Shown here piece after piece: positions 9,432 through 19,430 of a stretch of 64,000 nt of DNA (positions within the stretch are counted from its first letter, which is position 1; every line of letters starts with the position of its first letter). The position numbers and the translations under genes were made by a program. The notes beneath the pieces are model-generated. The model was given only the letters and a program-made list of their open reading frames with translations. It was not told where the DNA came from and made no database searches. The stretch comes from an uncultured Acidobacteriota bacterium. GTDB taxonomy: Bacteria > Acidobacteriota > Polarisedimenticolia > J045. The stretch lies in the NCBI GenBank assembly GCA_963702425.1, contig CAVPCQ010000020.1, forward strand, positions 82,264 through 146,263, in the 5' to 3' direction.

Positions 9432-9441
9432 ATTCTATACT
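9432..9441. promoter_or_regulatory. Overlapping divergent -10 elements (TAGAAT on -, TATACT on +)
   Basis: ATTCTATACT between the divergent lpxC and GAF genes. The minus hexamer is 6 nt from the lpxC ATG. Confidence 0.6.
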
Positions 9442-9496
9442 GTTGACCCGGCGAGACCTGCCATCGACAATGGCGGCTCCCGGCCCGGAGGATCCG

Positions 9497-10507
9497 ATGA
9501 ACGAGCGTGCCCTGTCCGCCGAGACCATGGATGGCGTCATCGATCGGCTCGCCGACGCGCTTCGCGACGAGCTCTCCGCGATCCGGCTCCCGCCCCCCGT
9601 GATCCGCACCCCGGACCGGCTGCGGGCCGCCTGCTGTGCGCTGCGCGAGGCTACGGGGCAGGTGGCGCTGCTGCGCTCGCTGCTCGCGAGCGCGCGGGAT
9701 GCCGGCGCGCGGGCCGCGCTGTTCGTGGTCAAGCAGGACCGGATCGAGGGCTGGGAAGGGACCGGCTTCGACGACCTCGAGCTCCACGGCGTCGAGCTCG
9801 CGCGCGACGACGACGCGATCGGCGCCCTGCTCGCGGAGCAGCGGCCGATCGCCCTCGACGCCGAGTCCGGCGTCGCGGCGCCCGATTTCGGGCAGTCGGC
9901 CCGCTCACCGGCCGTGCTGGTTCCGGTGCTGGTCCACGGCAAGCTGGTGGCGATCGTCTATGCCGATCCGGCCGAGCCCGGCCTCCCGGTCGATGTCACT
10001 GCGCTCGAGGTCCTGGGTGAGGTCGGCGGGCTGGCGATCGAACGGCTGGCGCTCGCGCGCTGGTCCCAGCGTCCGGCCGAGGGGGCGACGGGCGAGATCC
10101 CGGTGCGCACGCCGGAAGGGGCGTCGCCGATGCTCTCGCAGCCGGTGGCCCCGACGCCAGCGTTCCACGCCGGCTTCGCGGCACCGACCGGACCGATCGG
10201 CCCGCCGACCGGTCCCGAGACCGGCCCCGGGGGGGTCTCTCCCGAAGTCCAGGACGCCCGGCGCTTTGCCCGCCTACTGATGGAAGAGATCTGCCTCTAT
10301 CACGCCGACAAGGTCGACGAGGGCCGGACCCAGAGCGACCTGCTCTCGCGCCTCTCGGAGCAGGTCGAGCGCGCGCGGCAGATGTACGAGCAGCGCGTCC
10401 CGGCCGAGGTCCGGGGGGTGAGCGATTTCTTCGATGAGGCGCTGGTGCGCGTGCTCGCCGCGGGCGACGCGAACGCGCTGGGGCGCGTGGGCCGCGCCGC
10501 GATCTAG
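9497..10507 (+). CDS. GAF-like domain protein with conserved helical C-terminal domain
   Basis: RBS GGAGG before ATG 9497. GAF-like segment (AVLVPVLVHGKLVAIVYAD), Pro/Gly linker, C-terminal ARRFARLLMEEICLY domain. Confidence 0.75.
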   Translation: MNERALSAETMDGVIDRLADALRDELSAIRLPPPVIRTPDRLRAACCALREATGQVALLRSLLASARDAGARAALFVVKQDRIEGWEGTGFDDLELHGVELARDDDAIGALLAEQRPIALDAESGVAAPDFGQSARSPAVLVPVLVHGKLVAIVYADPAEPGLPVDVTALEVLGEVGGLAIERLALARWSQRPAEGATGEIPVRTPEGASPMLSQPVAPTPAFHAGFAAPTGPIGPPTGPETGPGGVSPEVQDARRFARLLMEEICLYHADKVDEGRTQSDLLSRLSEQVERARQMYEQRVPAEVRGVSDFFDEALVRVLAAGDANALGRVGRAAI

Positions 10508-10537
10508 CCCGGCCGGCCGGCCTGGGCAGGCCCGCCG

Positions 10538-10555
10538 CACGCCCTGCGGGGCGTG
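10538..10555. terminator. Hairpin between convergent genes (possible terminator)
   Basis: CACGCCC-TGCG-GGGCGTG, 7-bp stem with no U-tract. Confidence 0.3.
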
Positions 10556-10557
10556 TA

Positions 10558-11361
10558 TCACCACTCCGCGACGAGTCCCCGGAAGACGACGCGCGCCGGA
10601 CCCGAGAGAACCACGCCGCCCCCCGCCGGCGCGAGTTCGACCATCAGCGGGATGCCGGCCGGTGGAAGGACCACGAAACGCCCGCCGGACCCCGGCGGGG
10701 ATTCGCAGAAGACCGCCGCGGCCCAGGCGCCGCTGCCGCAGGCCAGCGTCTCGCCGCTGCCACGCTCGAAGGTCCGCACGAAGAGGGTCCGGTCCGATGC
10801 CTCCCGCACCAGCGTGACGTTCACCTCTCCCGCGAGCTCCGGGCGGGCCACGAAGAGCCGCTCGGCCAGCGCCGGCAGGGAAAGCCGCGCTCCAGCCGGT
10901 TCCCGGGCGACGACGTGGGGGACGCCGGCGCGGACCAGTCGCGCTGGGAGGATTTCGCCGGAGGGGAGCGGAAGCGACAGCGGGGCCTCGTCGATCGACG
11001 GGCGCTCCGCGCGGATGGCGACCGTTCCTCCGTCGACCGAGGCCTCGACGGTGAAGCCCGGAAAGGCCAGCTCGAGCGGCGAACGGGAGAGGCCACGCTC
11101 GACCGCGAAACGCGCCGCGCAGCGCGCGCCGTTGCCGCAGAAGGCGGCACGGCTGCCGTCGGCGTTGCGATAGTCCACCACCACGCGCCCCGGCCGCGCA
11201 TCGGTGATCGCCAGCAGCCCGTCTGCGCCGACTCCCGTGCCGCGGGCACAGAGCCGACGCGCCAGCTCGTCGCCGGGGCCCGGCAGCCCCTCGCGCCCGT
11301 CGACGACGACGAAGTCGTTGCCGGCCCCCTCCATCTTCCAGAACGAGAGTTCCCCCGTCAT
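10558..11361 (-). CDS. dapF: Diaminopimelate epimerase
   Basis: FWKMEGAGNDF, GVGADG, CGNGARC, GVPH, RTFERG...TLACGSG (both catalytic Cys present). Confidence 0.93.
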   Translation of the reverse strand: MTGELSFWKMEGAGNDFVVVDGREGLPGPGDELARRLCARGTGVGADGLLAITDARPGRVVVDYRNADGSRAAFCGNGARCAARFAVERGLSRSPLELAFPGFTVEASVDGGTVAIRAERPSIDEAPLSLPLPSGEILPARLVRAGVPHVVAREPAGARLSLPALAERLFVARPELAGEVNVTLVREASDRTLFVRTFERGSGETLACGSGAWAAAVFCESPPGSGGRFVVLPPAGIPLMVELAPAGGGVVLSGPARVVFRGLVAEW

Positions 11362-12428
11362 CGTGCTCCCCCCGCAGACGGGCGGGCCGCCACCCAGTCG
11401 GTCGGCCCGACCGGGGCCGACCGGTTCCCGCTGACATCCTCGGCCAGCACCCGGTACCGGTAGCGCGCCGCCGGATCGACCGCGTCGTCGAGGAAGAACG
11501 CGTCGGGGACCTCCGCTCGCCCCCGCTCGACGAACTCCGGCTCCCCGTCGCGCTGGCGCTCGACGATCCAGGACTTCTCGTCCGGCGCGCCGCCCGGGTA
11601 CCACAGGACGCGGATCTGTCCGGCCTCGGCGACCGCGTCGAGATCGCGCGGCGGAGCGGGCGGGAAGCGGTCCTGGTAGTCGATCGCGGCGAGTTGCTGC
11701 GGCGGCCCCTCGACCGGCAGCTGCGTCCCCGCGCCAGCGAATGCGGCGAGGTAGACGACCGTCTCGCCGTAGCGCGGCGCCTCGTCGAGGAACACCCCGG
11801 TCTTCGCGACCACGGTGCGGAGGGGTTCCCACGGCTCTCCGGCGGGCGGCGACCAGCGGTAGATCCGGACCGCCTCGGCCCGCGCATCCTCGGGCGCGGT
11901 CCAACGCAGCTCAATGCCGTGCTCGCGCGGTTCGGCCGCAAGGGTCGTCATCACCGGCAGGGTCGGCCGGAGCACGGTCAGTGCGGCGCGGGAGGAAGCC
12001 AGCGAACGAGCCCGCTCGTCGGACAGCGTCAGCGCCAGAACGAGCTCCTGGGCCTCGGGCAGCGTCGTCAGCGGCACGGCGTCGCGCCGCGTCGTCGGGG
12101 TCTCCGCGTCGGGCGCGAAGGGCGGCAGGGCGAGCTCCCGTGCCACGCGCCGGAACTCGCGGTCGCGATTCGCCGCCGTCCAGGAGGACCCCTGCCCGGC
12201 GCCGCTCGTCGTGAAGAGGATCTCCGGCCGCGCTGGCGGGCGCAGAGCGCCGCCGCCCACGATCCGCAGCGCATAGCGCGCCTCGAGCTGCAGCTCGTCG
12301 CCGCGTTGCCGCCAGCGGACCTCGCGCGGCGGCTCGGGAAAGTGCGGCAGGGGCGGCGTCGGCGGCCCGCGGTGTCCGCAGCCGAAGGCCGCGAGCGCGA
12401 GCGGGAGGAGGGCGGCGGCGGCTCTCAT
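11358..12428 (-). CDS. Lipoprotein with fibronectin type III-like domains
   Basis: Lipobox-like AAFGC followed by GHRGPPTPP; FN3 signatures ELRWTAP, PPAPPRDL, RYRYRVLAED.SGNRS. Confidence 0.75.
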   Translation of the reverse strand: MRAAAALLPLALAAFGCGHRGPPTPPLPHFPEPPREVRWRQRGDELQLEARYALRIVGGGALRPPARPEILFTTSGAGQGSSWTAANRDREFRRVARELALPPFAPDAETPTTRRDAVPLTTLPEAQELVLALTLSDERARSLASSRAALTVLRPTLPVMTTLAAEPREHGIELRWTAPEDARAEAVRIYRWSPPAGEPWEPLRTVVAKTGVFLDEAPRYGETVVYLAAFAGAGTQLPVEGPPQQLAAIDYQDRFPPAPPRDLDAVAEAGQIRVLWYPGGAPDEKSWIVERQRDGEPEFVERGRAEVPDAFFLDDAVDPAARYRYRVLAEDVSGNRSAPVGPTDWVAARPSAGGAR

Positions 12429-12429
12429 C

Positions 12430-13818
12430 TCACAGCGCGAAGCGCGCGAGGTCCTGGCGCGCAACCAGTTCGGACAGCGCGGCGCGCACGGCGGGCGCGT
12501 CGATCGCGACCGGGCCCGCCGTGTGGTCGGGCGCGTCGAACAGCAGCGGGCCGAGCAGTCGCTCGAGGACCGTCGCCAGCCGCCGGGCGCCGATGTCCTC
12601 CACCGCCTCGTTGACGCGGTCCGCGATCTCCGCGATCTCGCGCAGCGCCGCGTCGGTGAACTGCAGCTCCACGCCGTCGACCGCGAGCAGGCTCTGGTAC
12701 TGCCGCACGAGCGCGTTCTTCGGCACGGTCAGGATCTCGTACAGCTCCTGCCGGGTCAGGCGCTGCAACTCCACGCGGATCGGGAAGCGGCCCTGCAGCT
12801 CCGGCAGCAGGTCCGACGGCTTGGCCGAGTGGAATGCGCCGGCGGCGATGAACAGGATGTGGTCGGTGCGCACCGGACCGCGCTTGGTCTGGACGATCGT
12901 TCCCTCGACGATCGGCAGCAGGTCACGCTGCACCCCCTGGCGGCTGATGTCGGGGCCGCTGGCGCTTCCTCCGCCCGCGACCTTGTCGATTTCGTCGATG
13001 AAGACGATCCCGGTCTGCTCGACTCGGTGCGTCGCTTCCTTGATCAGCGTCGACTCGTCGAGCCGGCGGTCCTCCTCCTCGCGCTGCAGGATCTCGCGCG
13101 CCTCGCGCACGCTGACGCGGGCCCGCTTCGTCCGGTTCCCCATGAACCCGGGGAGCATCTCGCCGAGTTTGACCTCCATCTCGTCCATTCCGGGACCGCC
13201 GGCGATCCGGAATGCCGGCTTCTCCTCGTCCGGGAGCTCGACCTCGACCGAGCGTTCCTCGAGCTCACCACGGCGCAGCCGACCGCGCAGCTCCTCGCGG
13301 GCCTCGATCCACTCGCGCCCGTCCGGGGTACCGGAGCGCGGCCCCGCGAGCAGCTCGAGCAGCCGGTCCTCCGTCGCGCGCACCGCCGCGGCGGCGACCT
13401 CGCGCCTCCGCTCGCGGCGTACCATCTCGATCGAGAGCTCGAGAAGATCCCGGATCATCGACTCGACGTCGCGGCCGACGTAGCCGACCTCGGTGTACTT
13501 GGTCGCCTCGACCTTCAGGAACGGGCTGCCGACGAGCCTCGCCAGGCGCCGTGCGATCTCGGTCTTCCCCACCCCGGTCGGTCCGATCATCAGCATGTTC
13601 TTCGGCAGCACCTCCTCGGCCTGATCGGCCGGAAGCTGCTTGCGGCGCCAGCGATTCCGCAGGGCGACCGCGACGGCGCGCTTCGCCTCCCGTTGGCCGA
13701 TGATGTAGGCGTCGAGCTCGGCCACCACCTGCGTGGGGGTCAGGTCGTCCTGCCGACCGAGCGGCCCGCCAGGCTCGAGCGGCGGCGGGCCGCCGCTACC
13801 GGGCATGTAGAACACCAT
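12430..13818 (-). CDS. hslU: ATP-dependent protease ATPase subunit HslU
   Basis: ALRNRWRR, GPTGVGKTEIARRLA, GYVGRDVESM, FIDEIDK, GVQRDLLP, ELQGRFPIRVEL. Confidence 0.97.
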   Translation of the reverse strand: MVFYMPGSGGPPPLEPGGPLGRQDDLTPTQVVAELDAYIIGQREAKRAVAVALRNRWRRKQLPADQAEEVLPKNMLMIGPTGVGKTEIARRLARLVGSPFLKVEATKYTEVGYVGRDVESMIRDLLELSIEMVRRERRREVAAAAVRATEDRLLELLAGPRSGTPDGREWIEAREELRGRLRRGELEERSVEVELPDEEKPAFRIAGGPGMDEMEVKLGEMLPGFMGNRTKRARVSVREAREILQREEEDRRLDESTLIKEATHRVEQTGIVFIDEIDKVAGGGSASGPDISRQGVQRDLLPIVEGTIVQTKRGPVRTDHILFIAAGAFHSAKPSDLLPELQGRFPIRVELQRLTRQELYEILTVPKNALVRQYQSLLAVDGVELQFTDAALREIAEIADRVNEAVEDIGARRLATVLERLLGPLLFDAPDHTAGPVAIDAPAVRAALSELVARQDLARFAL

Positions 13819-13834
13819 CGTCGACTCCCTGCGC

Positions 13835-14377
13835 TCAGTCGCCGAGCGTCTCGCAGACGATCCGGTCGTTGGTGTAGATGTCGATCGAGGCGGCGGTCTT
13901 CAGCGCCGCGACCGCGATCTCGTGGGCTGGCATCTCCGTATGCAGGATCAGGGCGCGCGCCGCGGCGAGCGCGGCCGAGCCGCCGCTGCCGATCGCGATC
14001 ACGCCGTCGTCCGGCTCGATCAGATCACCGGTGCCCGACAGGAGCAGCGTGTGCTCACGGTCGGCGACGAGCAGTAGGGCTTCCAGGCGCCGCAACGCGC
14101 GGTCCTGCCGCCAGTCGCGCGCCAGCTCGATCGCCGCCCGCTCGAGCCGGCCGCCATGCTGCTCGAGGCGCTCCTCGAAGCGCTGCAGCAGCGCGAACGC
14201 ATCGGCCGCCCCACCCGCGAAGCCGGCAAGGATGCGGCCCTCGGAGAGCCGCCGCACCTTGCGCGCCCCCTCCTTGACGATCGTCCGGTCGAGCGTCACC
14301 TGCCCGTCGGCGGCCATCGCCACCCGTCCGGCCCGCCGCACCGCGACGACCGTGGTCGAGGTGACGCGCAGACTCAT
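13835..14377 (-). CDS. hslV: ATP-dependent protease subunit HslV
   Basis: [43 protein letters not shown]. Confidence 0.96.
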   Translation of the reverse strand: MSLRVTSTTVVAVRRAGRVAMAADGQVTLDRTIVKEGARKVRRLSEGRILAGFAGGAADAFALLQRFEERLEQHGGRLERAAIELARDWRQDRALRRLEALLLVADREHTLLLSGTGDLIEPDDGVIAIGSGGSAALAAARALILHTEMPAHEIAVAALKTAASIDIYTNDRIVCETLGD

Positions 14378-15261
14378 CACGCGCCCCCGGTGCGCGCCGG
14401 ACTCGTGTCCGGCGGCGGCTCGGGTGCGGCGGCGGGGTCCGGTGCGGGGAGGGGGGCGGGGAGCGCGGCCAGTTCCGACTTCGCCTGTTCCACCAGCTTG
14501 CCCGACGGGTAGTCGGCGAGCAGGCGCTCGAAGGAAAGGCGCGCCTTGGCCGTGTCGCCGACCTTCGCATAGGCCTTCCCAAGCTCGAGCATCGCCGCCT
14601 CGCGCCGCTGCGACGCCGGGTAGAGGTCGATCATGCCGGAGAGCCGCTGGATCTCGCCCAGCGGCTTGCCCCGCTGCCGGTAGAACTCGGCCACCAGCCA
14701 CTCGTGCTCGGAAAGAAGGTCCCCGGCGCGGGCCAGCGCCTGGACCGCGGCGAGACGCCAGACATCCGACTCGGGGAGCTCGCGGATCATCGCCTGGAAG
14801 TGCTCGCGGGCACGGCGAGGGAATTCCTGGTCGTTGGCCGCGTCGCTCGCCTGCTGCATCAGGCAGGTTCCGACCTGGAACCGGGCATACGACGCCATCG
14901 GATGCAGCGGGTAGAAGTTGAGGAACTGCTCGTAGCGGCTCTGGGCCTCGATCGCACTCGTCGTTCCGAGCTGGTAGAAGTAGGCGTCGGCGAGCGCGAG
15001 CTTGACCATCGGGTCGAGTGTTTCCCCGACCGGGCTGACCATCCCGACATCCCCAAGCCGCGTCGTGGCCTCGGAGAAGCGCCGCTTCTCGATCAGCTCA
15101 CGGGCCTCGCGGTAGAGCGCCTCGTTGTCTTCGCTGAGCTTTCCTTGCCGCTTCTTCGAGCTGCCGCAGCCCGGCGCGGCGGCGACGAGCAGGACCAGCA
15201 CCGCCGCGAAGGCCATCCGGGCGACGCTGAGGGCAGGGCGCCGGGCAATCAGGTGGTCCAC
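14377..15261 (-). CDS. bamD: Outer membrane protein assembly factor BamD
   Basis: Lipoprotein signal ending in GC; TPR helices; [22 protein letters not shown] motifs. Confidence 0.85.
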   Translation of the reverse strand: MDHLIARRPALSVARMAFAAVLVLLVAAAPGCGSSKKRQGKLSEDNEALYREARELIEKRRFSEATTRLGDVGMVSPVGETLDPMVKLALADAYFYQLGTTSAIEAQSRYEQFLNFYPLHPMASYARFQVGTCLMQQASDAANDQEFPRRAREHFQAMIRELPESDVWRLAAVQALARAGDLLSEHEWLVAEFYRQRGKPLGEIQRLSGMIDLYPASQRREAAMLELGKAYAKVGDTAKARLSFERLLADYPSGKLVEQAKSELAALPAPLPAPDPAAAPEPPPDTSPARTGGA

Positions 15262-15659
15262 GGTAGGAGCCTCTCCATCAGTTCGGGCGGCAGCCGCTGC
15301 GGCCGCCCGTCGCGGCCCACGGCCGCGTGCGCACTGAAGCCGTCCGCCAGCAGGACGCCGTCCCCGGGCCGCACGATCCGGTACTCGAACCGGACCCGCA
15401 CCGGGGACAGTCCGCCGATCGCGGTGCGGACCTCGAGCGCTTCATCGTAACGCGCCGGGCGCCGATAGCGAGCCCCGGCCTCGATCACCGGGAAGAGGAT
15501 CCCCTGCTCGTCCTCCAGGACCCCGTAGGGCAGCCCCGCGGCGCGCATCAGCTCGGTCCGGCCGAGCTCGAACCAGACGAGGTAGTGGGTGTGGTGCACG
15601 ACCCCCATCCGGTCGACCTCGGGGTAGCGCACGCGAAAAGGGGTGGACTCGATCCTCAC
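15249..15659 (-). CDS. Acyl-CoA thioesterase (YbgC/FadM, 4HBT hotdog fold)
   Basis: RVRYPEVDRMGVVHHTHYLVWFELGRTE, YRRPARYD. Confidence 0.9.
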   Translation of the reverse strand: MRIESTPFRVRYPEVDRMGVVHHTHYLVWFELGRTELMRAAGLPYGVLEDEQGILFPVIEAGARYRRPARYDEALEVRTAIGGLSPVRVRFEYRIVRPGDGVLLADGFSAHAAVGRDGRPQRLPPELMERLLPWTT

Positions 15660-16321
15660 GCGCCGCCCTCGGCGACGGCGCGCAGCGCCGCGAGCGCGGC
15701 AGGCGGGACGGGCGCGCCGAAGACCGCGTTTCCGGCGACCAGGCTGCGCGCCCCGGCGCGCACCACCGCCGCGGCGTTGGCCGGGCCGATCCCGCCATCG
15801 ACCTGGATCCGGGCAGGCGAACCGGCGGCAGCGATCAGTGAAGCGAGGCGCTCGATCTTCCGCAGCGAGCCCGGAATGAACGACTGGGCCGGGAACCCGG
15901 GCTCGACCGACATCACGAGCACGAAGTCGAGCAGCGGCAGGATCTCGGAGAGCGCATCCGGCGGCGTCGCCGGGTTGAGCGCGACCCCGGCCGCGATCCC
16001 GTGCCCCTTGATCTGCTGGATGGTGCGGTAGAGGTGCGGACAGGCCTCGACGTGAACGGTCAGGCGCCCGGCCCCGGCCCGGGCGTAGTCGCCGATCCAG
16101 CGCTCCGCGTCCTCGATCATCAGGTGGCAGTCGAGCGGCAGGCGCGTGGCCTTCGCGAGCGCGGCCACGACCGGGGGTCCGATCGTCAGGTTGGGGACGA
16201 AGTGTCCGTCCATGACGTCGACGTGCACGACGTCGGCGCCCGCCGTCTCGAGCATCGCGAGCGCGTCGGCCAGCCGCGCGAAGTCGGCGGACAGAATGGA
16301 GGGGGCGATCTCGATCGTCAT
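15656..16321 (-). CDS. rpe: Ribulose-phosphate 3-epimerase
   Basis: IAPSILSADF, HVDVMDGHFVPN, DCHLM, VMSVEPGF, VDGG. Confidence 0.97.
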   Translation of the reverse strand: MTIEIAPSILSADFARLADALAMLETAGADVVHVDVMDGHFVPNLTIGPPVVAALAKATRLPLDCHLMIEDAERWIGDYARAGAGRLTVHVEACPHLYRTIQQIKGHGIAAGVALNPATPPDALSEILPLLDFVLVMSVEPGFPAQSFIPGSLRKIERLASLIAAAGSPARIQVDGGIGPANAAAVVRAGARSLVAGNAVFGAPVPPAALAALRAVAEGGA

Positions 16322-16355
16322 GCGCGAAGCCTCGCCTTCTCCTGCACCGCCCCGC

Positions 16356-17099
16356 TCACGGGGCTGGCGTCAGGGTGATCCGAGTGGTGGCGGTGATCCG
16401 GGAGCCGACCGCCGGCTGCTGGTTCTGGACGATGGCGCCGGGCCGGATGTCGCCCGGTCCGCCGATCGCGACGGACCGGAAGCCGAGCCCTTCGAGCGCA
16501 TCCAGCGCCGCGCTCGCGGACCGGCCGATGAAGTCGGGCATGACCATCGCGCGCGGCCGCGGGCCCGCGCTCACCAGCACGGCGATCGCCTGCCCCGACG
16601 ATCCCACGCTGCCGGCCGCGGGGTGCTGGGCCAGGATCCGGCCGGCAGCCTGGCGCGGGTGCGGCGCGTTCGAGGTCGTGCCGAGCGACATGCCGGCTCG
16701 ACGGAGGGCGAGTTGGGCGCGGCTGACGCTCGAGCCGCAGAGCTCGGGCACGGTGGTCGCCTCCGGCCCGGTGCTGATCACGAGGCGCACCGGCCGGCCG
16801 GGCTTGCTCCGGCTCCCCGCGGCGGGGAACTGGTCGAGGACCTTCCCCGCGGGGCGCGCCGCGTCGGTGCGCTGACCGGTCACCTGCGGCAGGAGGCCGA
16901 GCGCACGAAGACGCGCGGCCGCATCGTCCCGGTCGGCACCCACGACCGCCGGCACGGTGATCTCCGAGACGAAGCGGACCGATGCGCGGAGCGTGAGCCA
17001 GGCCGCGACGCCGAACGTCAAGGCGAGCGATCCGGCAACCAGCGCGGCAAGCACGGCGCGCCGCAGCCAGCGCCGTGGGACAGGTGCCGGGGCGCTCAT
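16356..17099 (-). CDS. Membrane-anchored PASTA-domain protein (3 PASTA repeats, no kinase domain)
   Basis: One TM segment, then VPAVVG, VPELCG and MPDFIG repeats, each with Q.P..G. ATG overlaps the rsmB stop. Confidence 0.85.
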   Translation of the reverse strand: MSAPAPVPRRWLRRAVLAALVAGSLALTFGVAAWLTLRASVRFVSEITVPAVVGADRDDAAARLRALGLLPQVTGQRTDAARPAGKVLDQFPAAGSRSKPGRPVRLVISTGPEATTVPELCGSSVSRAQLALRRAGMSLGTTSNAPHPRQAAGRILAQHPAAGSVGSSGQAIAVLVSAGPRPRAMVMPDFIGRSASAALDALEGLGFRSVAIGGPGDIRPGAIVQNQQPAVGSRITATTRITLTPAP

Positions 17100-18448
17100 G
17101 CCGCCGCCCGGACGAGTCGCGCGGCAAAGAAGCCGTCGAGGCCGTCGCGGTCCGGCCGCGTCGCAAGAGCGGGCGGATCGCCGCTCACAAGCCCGTCGGC
17201 CGCAGCTCCGAGACTCCGGGCCGGATCGGCCGGAGCGAAGTCCTGGTGACGTGTCAGGAAGCCGCGCAGCTGCTCCTCCCCCTCCTCGGGTTCGAGGCTG
17301 CAGACGGAGTAGACCAGCGCGCCGCCTGGCGCCACCAGCGGCGCGGCGGCCTCCAGCATCCGCGCCTGGCGGGCGGCGCAGGCGGCGACGTCGCCGGGTT
17401 CGAGGCGGTGGCGCTTGTCGGGCCGGCGGCGGAGCGTTCCCGTGCCGCTGCAGGGCGCGTCGAGGAGCACGATGCCGAACGCCTCGCGCGCGAGCGGCGG
17501 CGCGAGGGCATCGCCGCGCAGCACGACGGTCCTCCCCGCGGGCGCCCTCAGCGCCAGCGTGTCCGCCAGCCGGCGGGCCCGCGTCGTGACCGGCTCCAGC
17601 GCCACGACCGGACCGGCCGCGCGCTGTGCGATCAGGGCGGCCTTGCCGCCGGGGGCCGCCGCGAGATCGGCCACGGGACGCTCGTCGTCCGGCGTTGCGA
17701 GCAGCGCGACCAGCGCGGCCGCCTCGTCCAGCAGCACGCATCGGCCGCCCGCGAACACGGCGGTGGACTGCGGCGCGCCATGCGTCACGACCAGTCCGCC
17801 CGGATGGTGTGCGGCCGGCTCGGTTGCGACCCCCTCCCCCGCCAGCGCGCGAGCCAGCGCATCGCGGGCAGCGACGAAGTCGGCGGCCGCGCCTCCGGGT
17901 CGGTCGAGGCGCACCACCGCAAAGGGCCGGGCCGGCCGGTTGGCGGCCTCGACCAGGGCCCGCGCCGCGGCGTCACCGTACCGTGCAGCCCAGCGCGCGA
18001 AGAGCCAGGCCGGCATCGTGAACGCGGGGTCGAGCATCCCGCCCTCGGCGGCCAGGCGGCGGAGCACGGCATTGACCAGGCCGGCCGCGGGCGCGGCCCC
18101 TGCCAGCCGCACCGCGTGCACCGCGGAGTCGACCGCCAGCGGCGCGGGGTGGCCGAGCACGAAGATCTCGGCCGTCGCGAGCCGCAGCGCGGCGCGCACG
18201 CGCGGGTCGAGCGAACCGAGCCCGGCGTGCACGAGCGGACTGAGGCGCACGTCGATCGCTCCCATCCAGCGCAGTGAGGCGTAGACCAGCGCGTGCAGCC
18301 GGGCCCGGTCGGCCGGGAGGGCGATACGCTGTTCCCGCGCCGCGAGCAGCCGGTCGGACCAGGCGCCGGCTTCGACCTCAGCGAGTACGGAGATCGCCTG
18401 CGCGCGCACCTGAGGCGAGCGCGGGGGCGCCGCCCCGCCCGATGCCAT
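17096..18448 (-). CDS. rsmB: 16S rRNA m5C967 methyltransferase RsmB (NusB-like domain + SAM MTase)
   Basis: GLVNAVLRR, DLAAAPGGK, LDAPCSGTG, YSVCS; follows fmt. Confidence 0.9.
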   Translation of the reverse strand: MASGGAAPPRSPQVRAQAISVLAEVEAGAWSDRLLAAREQRIALPADRARLHALVYASLRWMGAIDVRLSPLVHAGLGSLDPRVRAALRLATAEIFVLGHPAPLAVDSAVHAVRLAGAAPAAGLVNAVLRRLAAEGGMLDPAFTMPAWLFARWAARYGDAAARALVEAANRPARPFAVVRLDRPGGAAADFVAARDALARALAGEGVATEPAAHHPGGLVVTHGAPQSTAVFAGGRCVLLDEAAALVALLATPDDERPVADLAAAPGGKAALIAQRAAGPVVALEPVTTRARRLADTLALRAPAGRTVVLRGDALAPPLAREAFGIVLLDAPCSGTGTLRRRPDKRHRLEPGDVAACAARQARMLEAAAPLVAPGGALVYSVCSLEPEEGEEQLRGFLTRHQDFAPADPARSLGAAADGLVSGDPPALATRPDRDGLDGFFAARLVRAAA

Positions 18449-18453
18449 GCCCG

Positions 18454-19407
18454 TCACGGACCGGCCCACCGCTCGAGTCTCCCTCCGCACTCGATGTGAC
18501 GCCCTGCCAGCGCCGCGGCGGCGGTCATCGGTCGCCCGCCCTCCGGCAGCAGTTCGGCGATCCGCAGCATCCCCGTTCCGCAGGCCACATCGACCGCGTC
18601 ACCGACGCGTCGCATGACGGTACCGGGGGCCGTGCCGGGTGGCGAAGTCTCTCCCAGCGCCTCGACGCGGAGCAACCGGAGCGTTCCCCGGGTCCCCCGC
18701 GTCACGACCGGCGGCCACGGGACGAAGGCGCGCACGCGGCGCGCGATCTCCGCGGCGTCGCCGCACCAGTCGACCACCCCCAGCTCGCGGGTCAGCGGCG
18801 GTGCCCAGCTCGCGCCGGACGGGTCCTGGGGCTCGGCCACGAGCGCTCCTGCCGCGAGCCGGTCGAGGGTCTCGACCAGCAGCGTCGCCCCGACCCGCGC
18901 CAGCCGCGCGCCGAGCGACCTCGCGTCGTCGCAGGTCTCGACGGTCTCCGTCGCCCGCAGGTAGACCGGTCCGGTGTCGAGCCCGCGCTCCATCCGCATC
19001 GTCGTGACGCCGGCCGTCCGGTCACCGGCCCAGAGCGTGTGCTGGACCGGGCTCGCGCCGCGGTGCCGCGGCAGCAGCGAGAAGTGCAGGTTCACGCCCC
19101 CGAACGGCGGCGCGTCGAGCAAGCGGCCCGGGAGGATCCGGCCGTAGGCCACGACGACCAGCGCGTCGGGCGCGAAGGCCAGCAGTCCTTCCCGCGCCCC
19201 CTCCCCGCGCAGCGTCGCGGGCTGCAGCACAGGCCCCAGCTCGAGCCGCAGCGCCGCCTCTTTCGCCGGCGGCGGCAGCGGCGTCCGTGAGCGGCGGGAG
19301 GGCGCGTCGGGTGCGGTCACGGTCGCGACGACCCGGTGCGCCGACGCGGCGAGCGCCTCGAGCGAGGGGACCGCCCAGTCAGGAGTTCCGAAGAAGAGGA
19401 CGTTCAC
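18454..19407 (-). CDS. fmt: Methionyl-tRNA formyltransferase
   Basis: FFGTP, VVAYGRIL, NLHFSLLPRHRGASP, GLDTG. Confidence 0.96.
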   Translation of the reverse strand: MNVLFFGTPDWAVPSLEALAASAHRVVATVTAPDAPSRRSRTPLPPPAKEAALRLELGPVLQPATLRGEGAREGLLAFAPDALVVVAYGRILPGRLLDAPPFGGVNLHFSLLPRHRGASPVQHTLWAGDRTAGVTTMRMERGLDTGPVYLRATETVETCDDARSLGARLARVGATLLVETLDRLAAGALVAEPQDPSGASWAPPLTRELGVVDWCGDAAEIARRVRAFVPWPPVVTRGTRGTLRLLRVEALGETSPPGTAPGTVMRRVGDAVDVACGTGMLRIAELLPEGGRPMTAAAALAGRHIECGGRLERWAGP

Positions 19408-19430
19408 GCGCGGTCATTGTCGCGCGCCCG

